The notes under the pieces: generated by a model
Told to the model about the DNA's origin: nothing
Database searches by the model: none
The model's input: the letters and a program-made list of their open reading frames with translations, nothing else
Program-made: the position numbers and the translations under genes
In this document: one piece after another, positions 13,849 to 27,000 of the stretch
Numbering within the stretch: position 1 is the stretch's first letter
How the letters are laid out: each line of letters starts with the position of its first letter
Assembly (NCBI GenBank): GCA_012295275.1
Contig: CM022674.1
Location: 1,488,001 to 1,552,000 of the forward strand
Source of the DNA: Chrysomallon squamiferum
Lineage: Eukaryota > Animalia > Mollusca
Direction of reading: 5' to 3'
Length of the DNA stretch: 64,000 nt

Positions 13849-14271
13849 TACACAGAAATACACCCCTCACACACACACTATGGTACAAAGACCATTATAC
13901 AGAGACCAATGTGGATTAAGTAAAGCCATAGTGACTACAGTTTATTGTGTACTGTGTAATATATATTAGTATATAGGACAAAGTGATCTCAATTCCTGTA
14001 CATTACATTGGCCTTTATAATATAGTACAGTGTATTCAGTCTTCTTTTTGTAAGAGTATACAGTACACCAGAGAAAAGATTATGAAATATTAAAAAATAT
14101 GTGCTTTGTTGTTTTGTTATAAAGAGCTGCAGTTTTCAACAGCCATAAAGTTGTTCAACATCTCAGCAATGGATATTTTAAATACAGACACAGATGTGTG
14201 AACTGTATTCTTTGTACAACCATCCCTCCCTTTATTTTCAACATCTAACAAACTGTGCTATGGAGATAATT

Positions 14272-14315
<44 letters not shown>

Positions 14316-14416
14316 TTAATTTTTCTTTTGCAAAAGTTCCATAGACTTCAACATCTATTAGTCTATTCAGTACTGCCAATACAAAAAAGTGCACAAATGG
14401 TGGTATGCTTTGGAGA

Positions 14417-14453
<37 letters not shown>

Positions 14454-15590
14454 CTTTTTTATTTCTTTTCTATTTGTGAAAGACCAAAAGAGCATGGAGG
14501 ATTGAGTTTCTTCCCCCTGCAGTGAACTTGTTCAGACAGGAATAGCAGAGAACAACAACAGCCTGCCAGTCAAGTCAGGCTTCCATAGCCTGTCTGTCCT
14601 TGACCAAGGGCATTTGCCTCCAGGTGTTATTGTTAAAGCTTTTCTCCACGGAGTCTAATGACTAGGAGCCTAGCTAGGCTAGCTAGAGGACTGGCTCTGC
14701 TTTCACAACACTTCTCAGCTTGCTTGCTTGCTGGCTGCCAGCTCTTGTTGTTGTTGTATTGATTCCCGATGATGTTTTTATATTTGTTTCATTGTCGATG
14801 CGGTTGTAGTCAGCTATGAATGTCTTATCTGCAGTTACCAACTTTTCACTGGATGCCTAAAACATTTTCATTTTCTATTCTGCTGTTGTAAAAAAACACA
14901 GAAATTGCTGCTGCTGCTGCTGTTGTTTTTTTTTTTCTTCTTGCCAAATTACTGTCTGGTTCATAGATTAGATATCAAATCTTGTTATGATTTAATAGTA
15001 ATTCTGAATTTCTGAATTATCTTCTGGTCGATAGTTATTACATTATGTTATTCTGGAGATTAAATGTAAATTACTTAGTATGTTTTTTTCAAATTACTGT
15101 CTGGATCACAGATTGATATCAGACTGTATTATTTTACTTCTTAAAGTTAATTTTCTTCTTTCCTTGTTTTTCTTTGAATTACTCTCAAATCATATTATGT
15201 TATTGCATGAATATACATTGCTTATATTTTTGTTTTTCCTAAATAACTTTACAGCCTAGAGATTTCAAATAATATTATTTTAGTGTGAAATATAAATTTT
15301 ACTCTTTTTTTCCTCTCTTAATTATTGTCTGATTCACAGATACCACCTAAATATGAATTCTTATTTTTTTTGGTTATTCCAAATTATTTTTATGAAAAAT
15401 TGTAACAACACTATTATTATAAAAATTTGAGAACAGAAGAATGAAGAAGGTGCAGTTTTTTTCAACAGCTTATATTCCTAAATAAATAAATACTGACTGA
15501 AACATCTGCATGCATTATAATGTGTCTCTCTGGGGAAACACTGTTACAGGTTGTCTCTGTACAATAAACACATGTAGGTATGTGTAAATA

Positions 15591-15646
<56 letters not shown>

Positions 15647-16430
15647 CAAACATATTGCCTTTCAGGATTGCAGTAGCAGTAGTTGCAATAATAAAAGTGT
15701 AGGTAGTAATATTGTTCAGTGGTAGTATTAATAATATAACTAATACTAGTACTGTAGTATTAGTATTGATAGTTATATGAGCCTTAATGGTATAGATAAT
15801 AGCATTGCAGTAGTGGTAATAGTAACAATGATTATGAAAAACAGAAAATAATTTTAAAAAATATGTATAGAAAGGACAGACCAACCAAAAAAAAAAAAAA
15901 AAAAAAAAACAAGAAACCTCAGGAATGTAGGAATGGATAAATATAAATAATAAAAATGTACAAATGACTGTTTCATGTGCCAATACGAAAAACATCAACA
16001 AAAAAACACATAAAAAACAAACACAAATATATATATATATATATATATTACGTAAAACCTCTGTAACAACAGTAAACAGATTTTTATTCGCTGTCATCCT
16101 ATACATCAGGGCTTTACCTGTACAGTGTGTGTACTCGATGCACTTGGCCAAACAAAGAAAGTGTTGAGTCCTGTGAACAAAATGTTGTACCACACAAAGG
16201 GTACTCTGTCTCTCCAGCTGTGCTCCATTGTTGTACCGCACAACAAAGGCACGTACCACCACAACAAAACAAAGGCAGAATTAGCAACATTCTTAGTTTT
16301 GGTTTTATGCTTTTGACTTTTGTATGTTTATGGATCAAACACTGGTGAAAATATCACAGCTGTAGTAGCTCTGTGTTCTTGTTGGTGTTGAAAAATGTCA
16401 GAGTTAAGGTTATTATTGTATAGAGTGTAG

Positions 16431-16475
<45 letters not shown>

Positions 16476-17884
16476 TTTATGGTTTTGTTGAAGTGAAAAT
16501 AAGGCATGAAAGGAGGTAGAAATAAATAGTGTGTGTGTTTGAGAGAGAGAGAGAGAGAGAGATATCTATCACATGTCATATTAAAAACAGATACATCAAC
16601 ACAGGTTAATACCAGTGATATTAATCATGAGGATATAAACAGAATAACACAGTGATTATCACCACGTTACAAACAGCAATCTACAGTTCATGCAGTTAGT
16701 TACACAACTTAGAGGGAAGATACATCAATACATCACTTATATCACCAGAACTAAATTTAGAAACGATTTTATTACCTAGGCTAGTTCAGAACACATCCTG
16801 GAAAATGTCATTTAATTATTCATAGCCTGACAAACAAAGAGCGAAATGAATTCAAATAAAAGACAAAAGAGACAAAGACTGAGACAGAGACTGAGACAGA
16901 GAGAAGACAGACAAAAAACAAAGACAGAAACAAGAGGAGGAACAAATGAATGGTTCAGAGAAACAAAGCATTCTCTTTATTCTTTCTCTGAAAAGCTTGT
17001 TCACGAATTAAAACTATTTTAACTGCTCGAAAGAGAAAAAACCACCACCAGTATCACTTTCACATCTTTCAAGTACCACTGACAAAGAAAGGAATTTCTT
17101 TTTCTTTTTTTTCTTTTCTCTTATTATTATTATTTTTTCTTTTTTTAAAAAAATACTATTTTAAGATTGGTACAAGAGTGGCAATGTTTTTTCGTGCCAT
17201 GTGGAAACAGTTAACTTGTCTGCTTGGTAACTGGAGATGGCAGGATCGTTGGGCAGCAGGAATAAAAAAACAGATCACAGTGGCTTCAGACACATCTTCT
17301 TTGACAGTTAATGAGTAACCAAGGGTCAGTCTGACACTGCACTTTTGGCCACCGCCCCTCGTCTCCCCCCCACTGCTCTTCAATTTGGAAAAATCTGGTT
17401 ATCCATCTGGCTATAGTTTCATTTAATTTTTTTAAAGTTTTTTTATGTTTGTTTTTTTGTATAATTTTTCTCTGAAGGATCAAATTATTAGTTTTAGATT
17501 TAGACTTGGTATTTTTTTTTTTTTTTTTTTTTTTTTTTATTTATTGTAAGGATTGATTTAGCAATAAATTACATTCAGAAAATGTTTTCAATATTATTTA
17601 TTTGTAGTTATATTTATTTTTAGGTTCAATAAAGTTGGAAAATTATATTGTATAATGTGTGTAGTGTGTGTGTGTGTGTGTGTATGTGTGTGTGTGTGTG
17701 TGTGTGTTTGTGTGTGTGTCTATCTATATATCTATAAACAATTCTAAAATATACTTATTGTATAATCAATAAATTAAGATAGATTGTTTTCAAAGGGAAT
17801 GTTTTGATTCAGATAGTTGATGATGTTTTGTTCATTATGTTTATTTTTGTTGATGTTTAAGTTTGAAATGTTTCTATATATATA

Positions 17885-17954
<70 letters not shown>

Positions 17955-18640
17955 TATATGGCTGTAGATACATTATTTTATAAATGTGAGAATAAATGAA
18001 TGAATTAACAAGAAGATTTCAGCTTATTGTCAATTATTTGTTTACAAATTCATTTAAAAAAAAAATTAAAAAAGTATATTAATAAATAATGAATGAACGA
18101 ATAAATGAATAAATAAATAAATAAATATTCACATTATTAAGAAGAATAATAAAATATAATTAATGAAATAATATTAAAAAAATAAAAACAAAATTAAAAA
18201 AAATTAAAAACAAAGGACAGCAAAATATCGTCAGAAATATTACTAAGAAATTCTTTTTTTTTTTAAAGTCAGTGAATTACTGCTTAATTTTGTTAAAAAT
18301 GAACATGAAGACAGAAAATTAAAATTAATGTTACTTTTGTTATTTCCAGGACAGACGAAAATACAGCAGACCCACCTTACAATAATGAACAGCAGTTTCG
18401 CGGTCGTGCAAGAGAAAGAACTTTTAACCAGACAAAATTTCCACATGGAAAACAGTTTGAAAGGTATAAAATGAGTTTACGTTCAAAAAGTAAAATAAAA
18501 ATAATGAATAAAAAAAAAAAAAAAAATAATAAAAGCATGTGATACTGATCTATAAGAGAGAGATAAAAGTATAATCGACTGAAAACTTAGTAAAGAAAAA
18601 TAAAAATTATTATCTACCTCAAGTTATATCAATAGCACAG

Positions 18641-18675
<35 letters not shown>

Positions 18676-19231
18676 AATATAGAAACAAACAACAAAGAAA
18701 GAAACCAGTAGACAGCATGAAGAATATAGAACAAGTATAAAAATATAAATGGAAAGTTAAACTACATTGACTTGATTTACAGAAATAGCATATTTTTTTT
18801 TTTTTTACAGACATAATTGGCCCACACAATCATACATTTCTATGTTTTCAGCTGTAATGGCAATGTTTCAAAGCTGCTTGACATGTGTAGACTTAGAAGT
18901 GCTTGTTGTGCACTATTTCCCATTCCAGACTTAATCCTCTGTTATTAATCTGAGGCTATAGTCAAAACTGGCGACATAAATAAATAAAAATAAAAATAAT
19001 TTTAGAAAAGAAAAGAAAAAAAAAGATAAGAAAGTACCAAGTTCATTAAAAAATTGTTTATTGTTTGTGCAAACAACTGGTTTATTGAAGGTTGTGGAAT
19101 GAATTTGTTTGTGTTTATGAAAGGGTATATATATATAAAAGATGTTTTGCTGCTAATTAAAAAGGAGTAGCCCATCATAAAGTGTGTGTAAAGGAAAAGA
19201 ATAGCCATTATATAGCATCAGATACTTGTCC

Positions 19232-19302
<71 letters not shown>

Positions 19303-20264
19303 TTGCTATCTCTGTTTTCTGTGTCTGTACAGTCATTGTTAATCATATGCTGAAGATATTTCATCTTTACCACTCAGACAAAGTGATATTGTGTTTTTAT
19401 TGTAATGCATTAATTCTGTTCAGGCCCATTAATATATCAGCAGTTGGTTCATGCAATACTTTCAACTGGCATAAACATTTCAATGAAAGTTAAACTAATT
19501 TTCATCTGTGTGCATGTGTGTGTCACAAGATATATTAACCTAGTTTATTTTTTATTTTTATATTATTTTAATTTATTTTATTTTATTTTAATTTTTATTA
19601 TTTTATTTTATTTTATTTTATTTTATTTTATTTTATTTTATTTTATTTTATTTTATTTTATTTTATTTTATTTTATGTTTTTTTTTTTATTTTGTTTTTA
19701 TATTTTATTTTATTTCATTTATTCTTGAAACTGCTTTAAGAAACATTTTAAGGAAATTTGCAGTCGATTAATTTTTCTAATGGACGAAATACCGAACTGA
19801 TATTTTCTGGTAACGGTTCTTGCTATTATTAACCCTTTCAGACTTTGAATTATTGGGATGTAAAAAAAAAAAAACTTCCAGTCAGTTAATAGTTTCATGA
19901 GTTGTTCGGGTTGCTGGATGGCAGAGTGTTTAATTAGCACAGTTGAGTGGTTGGACTTTCTGAACAGGAATCCCAAGTGAGGAATATTCCATACTGAAGT
20001 TGCTGAAGCAGTTTGCTCTATTATTGCGTATTCAATAGGCTAAAAGCATTTCTAAATTTAGTTCTTCAGTATTGCAACACAATTTAATTAATCTTCCCTT
20101 TAACTGCAGTGTTTGTGGATTTGTGTTTGTCACATGGTGATAATCACTATGTGTATTATTTGTATCCTTGTATGTAATATGAGCTGTATTTATCTCAGCT
20201 AAAATAAATAAATATATATATATGTATATGTATATATATATGTATATGTATATATATGTATATG

Positions 20265-20314
<50 letters not shown>

Positions 20315-20979
20315 GTATGTATATGTATATGTGTATATATGTATATGTATATGTATATATATATAGATATATATATGTGTATATGTATATATATATATGA
20401 TGTGTGTATATTTGTGGTGTGTTTGTGTGTGGGTGTGTGTGTCAGATGATAAACTTCTAGCTGGACAGACAGAAAAATAGATACACAGACACACAGACAT
20501 CCTGGCAAGCAGTATTGATCTAAATGTGATATTTCTGTTTTTCACTTCTGCTTCTTATTACGTCTGAGAATGACTGAGAGTCAGATTTGAAGACATCTGA
20601 GAAATTATCATTAAATTTTTTTTTTGTTGGTATATAAATATATATATATATATGTTTTTTTAAAAACGTGGTGGTTGTTTTTCAGAGGCGCAACGTTTCC
20701 GCGTCAGACTGCGGCGTTGCGACAGGCAGACAGTTACTCGAGTGAAAAGGAGGGAGGGTTGGACAAGTCCCGGGCGTCGTCGCCGCATCACTCCCAGACC
20801 AGCAACAGGACGAGGAAGAAGACGTCGCGGTCAGCTAGTCACTCAAGGTCAAGGTCAAGCAGCAGTGGGAGCTGGTCCTCTCACAGCAGTGGGTCCCGGT
20901 CCCGATCAAGAAGGTAAAAAAAAAAAAGTTTTAAATTTCATATAAGAATGTTTATTTGTTTGTTTGTTTATTTATTTGT

Positions 20980-21022
<43 letters not shown>

Positions 21023-24000
21023 TTGATTTTCAATTCAGGTTAAATATTTTTGTTGCTGGCTGTATTGTGACATTTCTGATTGGGTGGTCAGTTTACAAAA
21101 ATCTGAAAACTTGAAAATGAGGACTAAATGATTAAAATAATTTTACCACTTTTGATAATTATGATGATGAAAAAAAAAAAGTACACATTATTAACTGGTT
21201 CCCATCCCCCTGAAAAAACAATTAAAAAGAAAAAACAAAACTAATGATACTACTTATAATAAAAGTTTAACTGAATATTTTCTTACTGTTTGACATCAAA
21301 TGATTCATTCATTAAAATCCTGTTGTCCTGTGTCTGCTCAACTATCAATCATAATTTTTATTAATAATGTGTTTAACTGGAAAATAAAATCCTAGTAAAA
21401 AAATACAACAAAATGTATTGTGTAGTTGGCTTCTGGAATATTTTTTATTTTTTTAATTTATTTTTATATAAAATATTTTATTTTTGTATTTTAATTTTTT
21501 TATTTTTAATTTATTTTTTATATGAAATATTTTATTTTATTTTATTGTATTGTATTGTATTTTAGTTTGTTTTATGTTGTTTTATTTTATTTTATTTTAT
21601 TCTATTTTATTCATTTATTAAAACAAACTATTTTAGCATTTAATACAAGCATAACCTAGGTTTCAAATTTCTTCTGAGTTTTCGTTCAGTTAACAGACGG
21701 ATATTTCAGAAACGCTTCTTCCTCAGAATTCCATCATTCTGATTGTCTGTCAGCACCAATTTTTCCTAAAAACATGTTGACATCACCGCCATCATTGTTA
21801 AATCAATATTTTGGTGAATGAACTCGCGTGTAATTATCAGGTTTTTCTGCAGACACACCACTCTAATTAACGTGTGGCTGCTGACTTCAGATAAAGACTC
21901 CCATGTCTAAACGGATCAGGCCGTATTGGTCTGTGATCAATAACTGAATATTTACTAACACCAAGCATGTCAGCTTGTGGGCTTTGACGAATTTCACTCT
22001 CTTTTTCTCCGAGCTTTCTCTTTACATAATGTAAATCATTCCAATATTTATGCAGAATCGTGATAAAACCCGTGCAGAATCAGTCTTGCACATTAAGCAT
22101 TAGGCTGATTGTCCCCGTAGTCTGCTGTGACAGGTGAATCTGGTGTTTGAGATGGCCTGGTGTTAAATGGATCTTCCTGTTGGCAGTCATGACAGAATTA
22201 CTGACAGGGTGTTAGATGAGACACCAGTGGAAAATTAAACCCCAACGATTTTTATCTACGTTTTTTTCCCCGGGTTTCAGTGACTTGCATAGTTGAGATG
22301 AGATGTAACAGATGCTAGCCACTGTTGTCCTTCGGTTCTCACCATGTCACTGACAAAATGGCAGATAACAATAAACAAAAATAATTATCAGTCATTCTTC
22401 AGTGTGTGAATTATGATTTGCGTTTATATTTAAATAAAATACAAAAGTACATGTTTGTAATATTGTGTTTTGTCCTCCTGAAATCGGTTTATATTAAAAC
22501 TGATGTTTCTTTGGTACTGAAATACTTTTATTTAAAAAAAACGAAAAATGCATGATTTTTTTTTGTGTGTTAATGTTGATAAAGATAATTTATATGGAGA
22601 AATGAAATAATATAAATTAATTTAAAATTGTTTTATTTATTATGTAATTTTTTTTTTTAGGAATATTTATAACTGAATAATACAATAAGATATTAAAACA
22701 GGATTTGTAGACAGTTAGTCAAACACATGAATTCACTAACATGCATGCTAAAGAGGATAATTAAATTTTCATTTATGTACTGGGCATGGGTACTTGAATC
22801 TTTTGTAGTACGAAACAGAGGTATTTAATAAAATGGATGCTATAACAATCTTTATTACACATAACAGATTAGGCTGGGCTGTTGTAATGGGATATAGAGT
22901 TGAATCATCAGGAGCTAAGATGGGGGGGGTGACTTGACATAGTCACAAGTGCCAAAAATGTGAGATGGGCCCAGTGTTTGATCAGTCATTATTTCAAAAC
23001 TGATAAGAATTTGGCCCAAAAGTTTGCATGCATCCATCAAATTTGTTACATTTTACCAAAATTGGAGATGATCATCCACAGAACTCGGGTCAAGTTGGTA
23101 ACAGGATGACCCTGTATTTTACATTGTGGATCTCAAATTTTCATATATGTAATGGGGTGGATATTTGAATTTATCTGTAACAGCATATACGTATAATGAA
23201 TGCTGTGTATTTAATGTGGGGAGGGATACTGAAATTTTCATATTTTTAAAGAGGTGGGTATTTGAATTTTCATACATTAGTGTGGTGGTCAAATTGTCCA
23301 AGTGTTAAATGAATGAGTGTGGAAGACTGTTTTGATTAGCAGAATATAAAGAAGAATAAAACAAAAAAAAAAAAAACTGAAGTTATTTTAAGACAACACT
23401 GTTAATTTTGTGTTATTTCTAGTTCAAGGCATGCTGGTATTGTCTTTTCTAAATTAAAAATTAATCAAATTTTTTTTTTTTTTTTTCTTCTAGTCGGACT
23501 AGTAGTCATGGCAGCAGACCTCAGAGTTCTGTGATAGGTCTTGTGTTGCCCGTGGAGACGAAGGACCTGAAGACAGTGGACAAGTCCAAAAGTGGTGATG
23601 ACCAGTCGAGTACGGGCGAAACCAAACATCTGGGGATCTGTGTGACAGGACTGCCCCTCCGGTCAAGTGGTACGACAAACAGCATTACAGTTAGACAAAC
23701 AGCCTTACAGTTAGAAAAACAACGTTACAGTTAGAAAAACAGCGTTACAGTTAGATAAACAACAGTTAGAAACACAATGTTACAGTTAGACAAACAGCGT
23801 TACAGTTAGAAAAACAACGTTACAGTTAGAAAAACAGCGTTACTGTTAGAAAAACAATGTTACAGTTAGATAAACACTGTTACAGTTAGAAAAACAATGT
23901 TACAGTTAGACAAACAACGTTACAGATAGAAGAACAACATTACAGTTAGATAAACAACATGACAGTTAGACAAACAACGTTACAGTCAGAAAAACAACGT

Positions 24001-27000
24001 TACAGTCAGAAAAACAACATTACAGTTAGAAAAACAATGTTACAGTTAGACAAACAACGTTACAGTTAGAAAAACAGCGTTACAGTTAGAAAAACAGCGT
24101 TACAGTTAGAGAAACAACATTACAGTCAGAAAAACAACATTACAGTTAGAAAAACAACATTACAGTTAGAAACACAATGTTACAGTTAGAAACACAATAT
24201 TACAGTTAGATAAACAGCGTTACAGTTAGAAAAACAATGTTACAGTTAGAAAAACAACGCTCCCTTTTTGGGCTAGGCAGTGCCATCGTAATGCCTAGGC
24301 ATTCAGAGCTTTTGGAGTCTCCTGAATTGATGATGAGGGGGACCTCGTGTGATCCATGTATTGTTGTCAATACATGTTTTATGGTTGCATATGTAGAGGA
24401 AGCCCAAGGGGAAGGGTGTCTGTAATACTGTTAAGACTGCCCAGGGACAAGGTTTAATCTACTGATAAAGTCTTCATCCTGTGCAATATAAATATTTATT
24501 GCTATTTTGTTTTTTTTAATAATTTCTTAAGTAAACAATAACTTGTGTTTTACTATTATTATTATTATTATTTTTTTTTAATAATTTCTTAAGTAAACAA
24601 TAACTTGTGTTTTACTATTATTATTATTATTTTTTTTTTTTAATAATTTCTTAAGTAAACAATAACTTATGTTTTACTATTATTATTTGTTTTTTTTTTT
24701 GTACTAATATATATGTGGTAATATCAACACATATTTAAGCTTGGTTTTAAATCTAAACTGGTTAAATCCTTTTGTTTCCAATGTGCTGATGATTGCAGCT
24801 GACAATATTTTTAAAATATGTATCGGAATGCTTCATCAAAACAGTTTGCATGTGTTTCATTTGTTTCTTTGTTTTCTCATAGATACAAGTTTGCGTGATG
24901 GACTTTTCCACGAGTACAAGAAACATGGAAAAGTTACCTCTGTGCAGGTGTGTGGTGACTCGGAAAATCGTTACGCCATCGTCAGTTTTAGGAGGTAAGT
25001 TTGAAAACCCTGGCTCTCGTATTAAAACACAGTGAAAACTTGCCAGGCTAAATTGTTTGTTGCTTTTTATCATTTGTTAATTTTATTTTGTTTTATTTTT
25101 TTTAAGGTTTTGGTGTTTATTGTTAATCAGAAAATATTTTTTATTTCAAATATATTTACGTTTTTTTTTGGGGGGGTTTATTTCTTGTTTGTTCATTTTC
25201 TGTTTTTTATTAAAGAAAATACACACACACACACACACGCACGCACACAATCACATGCAGTGTACAAACACTGTTCAGCTAGAAACAGGCTAATTGAAAC
25301 GGGCTAATACATATTGTTCCCTCTATTTTTAGATAAATTTCAGAAAAATAAATACCAAAGTAAGAAAGGTATACTTACATGTATTTTTGTTTACAGGCCT
25401 GAAGATGTGACAAAGGCACTGGAAGCTTCGCAAGGCAAACTGTTTTTTGGAACAAAGATTAAAGTGGAACCGCACGAAGGAGTGGGTTAGTAAACTAGTC
25501 ACTTTATTTCTTACTAGTCTTAGTAAACTAGTCACTTTATTCTGTTAGTAGTCTTAGTAAACTAGTCACTTTATTTCTTACTAGCCTTAGTAAACTAGTC
25601 ACTTTATTCTGTTAGTAGTCTTAGTAAACTAGTCACTTTATTCTGTTAGTAGTCTTAGTAAACTAGTCAACTTTATTATGTTAGTAGTCTTAGTAAACTA
25701 GTCACTTTATTTCTTACTAGCCTTAGTAAACTAGTCACTTTATTCTGTTAGTAGTCTTAGTAAACTAGTCACTTTATTCTGTTAGTAGTCTTAGTAAACT
25801 AGTCAACTTTATTATGTTAGTAGTCTTAGTAAACTAGTCACTTTATTTCTTACTAGCCTTAGTAAACTAGTCACTTTATTATGTTAGTAGTTTTAGTAAA
25901 CTAGTCACTTTATTCTGTTAGTAGTCTTAGTAAACTAGTCACTTTATTCTGTTAGTAGTCTTAGTAAACTAGTCAACTTTATTCTGTTAGTAGTCTTAGT
26001 AAACTAGTCAACTTTATTCTGTTAGTAGTCTTAGTAAACTAGACCTTATTTCTTACTAGTCTTAGTAAACTAGTCACTTTATTACATTAGTACTCTTAGT
26101 AAACATGTCACTTTATTTCATTAGTAGTCACACTGTCTAGGGGAAGGTTCATTCAAAAGATACCTTACTGCTAATTATTGATAATAATGTGTTCCTTAAT
26201 TTTTAAGGATGACTTGAATGCTTAATGCTTAAAATTATTTAATGTTCATATTCGTGTTATATTAATTATCTTTCAAACAACTGAATATGTGATGCTTAAA
26301 ATTATTTAATGTTTAATATTCATTCCTGTTGTATTAATTGTTACATGTTACAAAATGCTAGGCTGTTTGAAATCAGTATATGTGTGTGTGTGTATACATA
26401 AAGAAAAAAGATAAGTTTCGAAAATTTAAAAAAAAATAGAAAAAGAAATAATTGATAGATATGTTAGTGTGTGTGTGTGTGTGTAAAACTGTGTATATGT
26501 AGACACACAGATATACGTGCTGATATGTACACTGGAAATTTCCTACACAAATTAAAACGTCTTATCATAACCAGCTGAAAAGAACCCCAGTTTGTAACTG
26601 TACTTGTAAACTGACGAATACACAAAGTGGCCATTTTTCACTCTTATATATAATCTCTGCTACATTTGTCAGTGCATCTTCTTTAGAGAATAAATAGTTT
26701 TGCTTGTTATCATTCTTTCATTTAACGAGCCTATTTTAGCACAAAAGTCACATCTTCGGCAATAAATGAGCAGGTTTTAAAATGTTGAATACATGTAATC
26801 TGACCCAGTTATTTTTTAAAAATATTTAAAATAATAATAATTAAACAAAATACTGAGAAGGCTGTAAATGTGTGAAAAGAGATATGTTCATTGTTTTATA
26901 TATATATATATTTTTTTAATAAGTGAAATTAGTAAAAATAAAACTGCTCAAAATAGTGAATTTTTTTGATGGAAAAAATGTGGCTGCAAAAACAAAATAA

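Noticed and set aside
15462-16262. 266-aa minus-strand ORF and other I/Y/C/V/F-rich ORFs (20032-20545, 58388-59081, 62264-62809)
   Set aside because: Translations of (TA)n, (TG)n, (TAA)n and poly-A/T tracts.
24290-24303. 14-bp palindrome AATGCCTAGGCATT
   Set aside because: Isolated, with no extended hairpin or element boundaries identifiable.
23674-26130. Regular 20-bp and 34-bp arrays as CRISPR arrays
   Set aside because: Head-to-tail repeats with no unique spacers, no cas genes, and located in spliceosomal introns.
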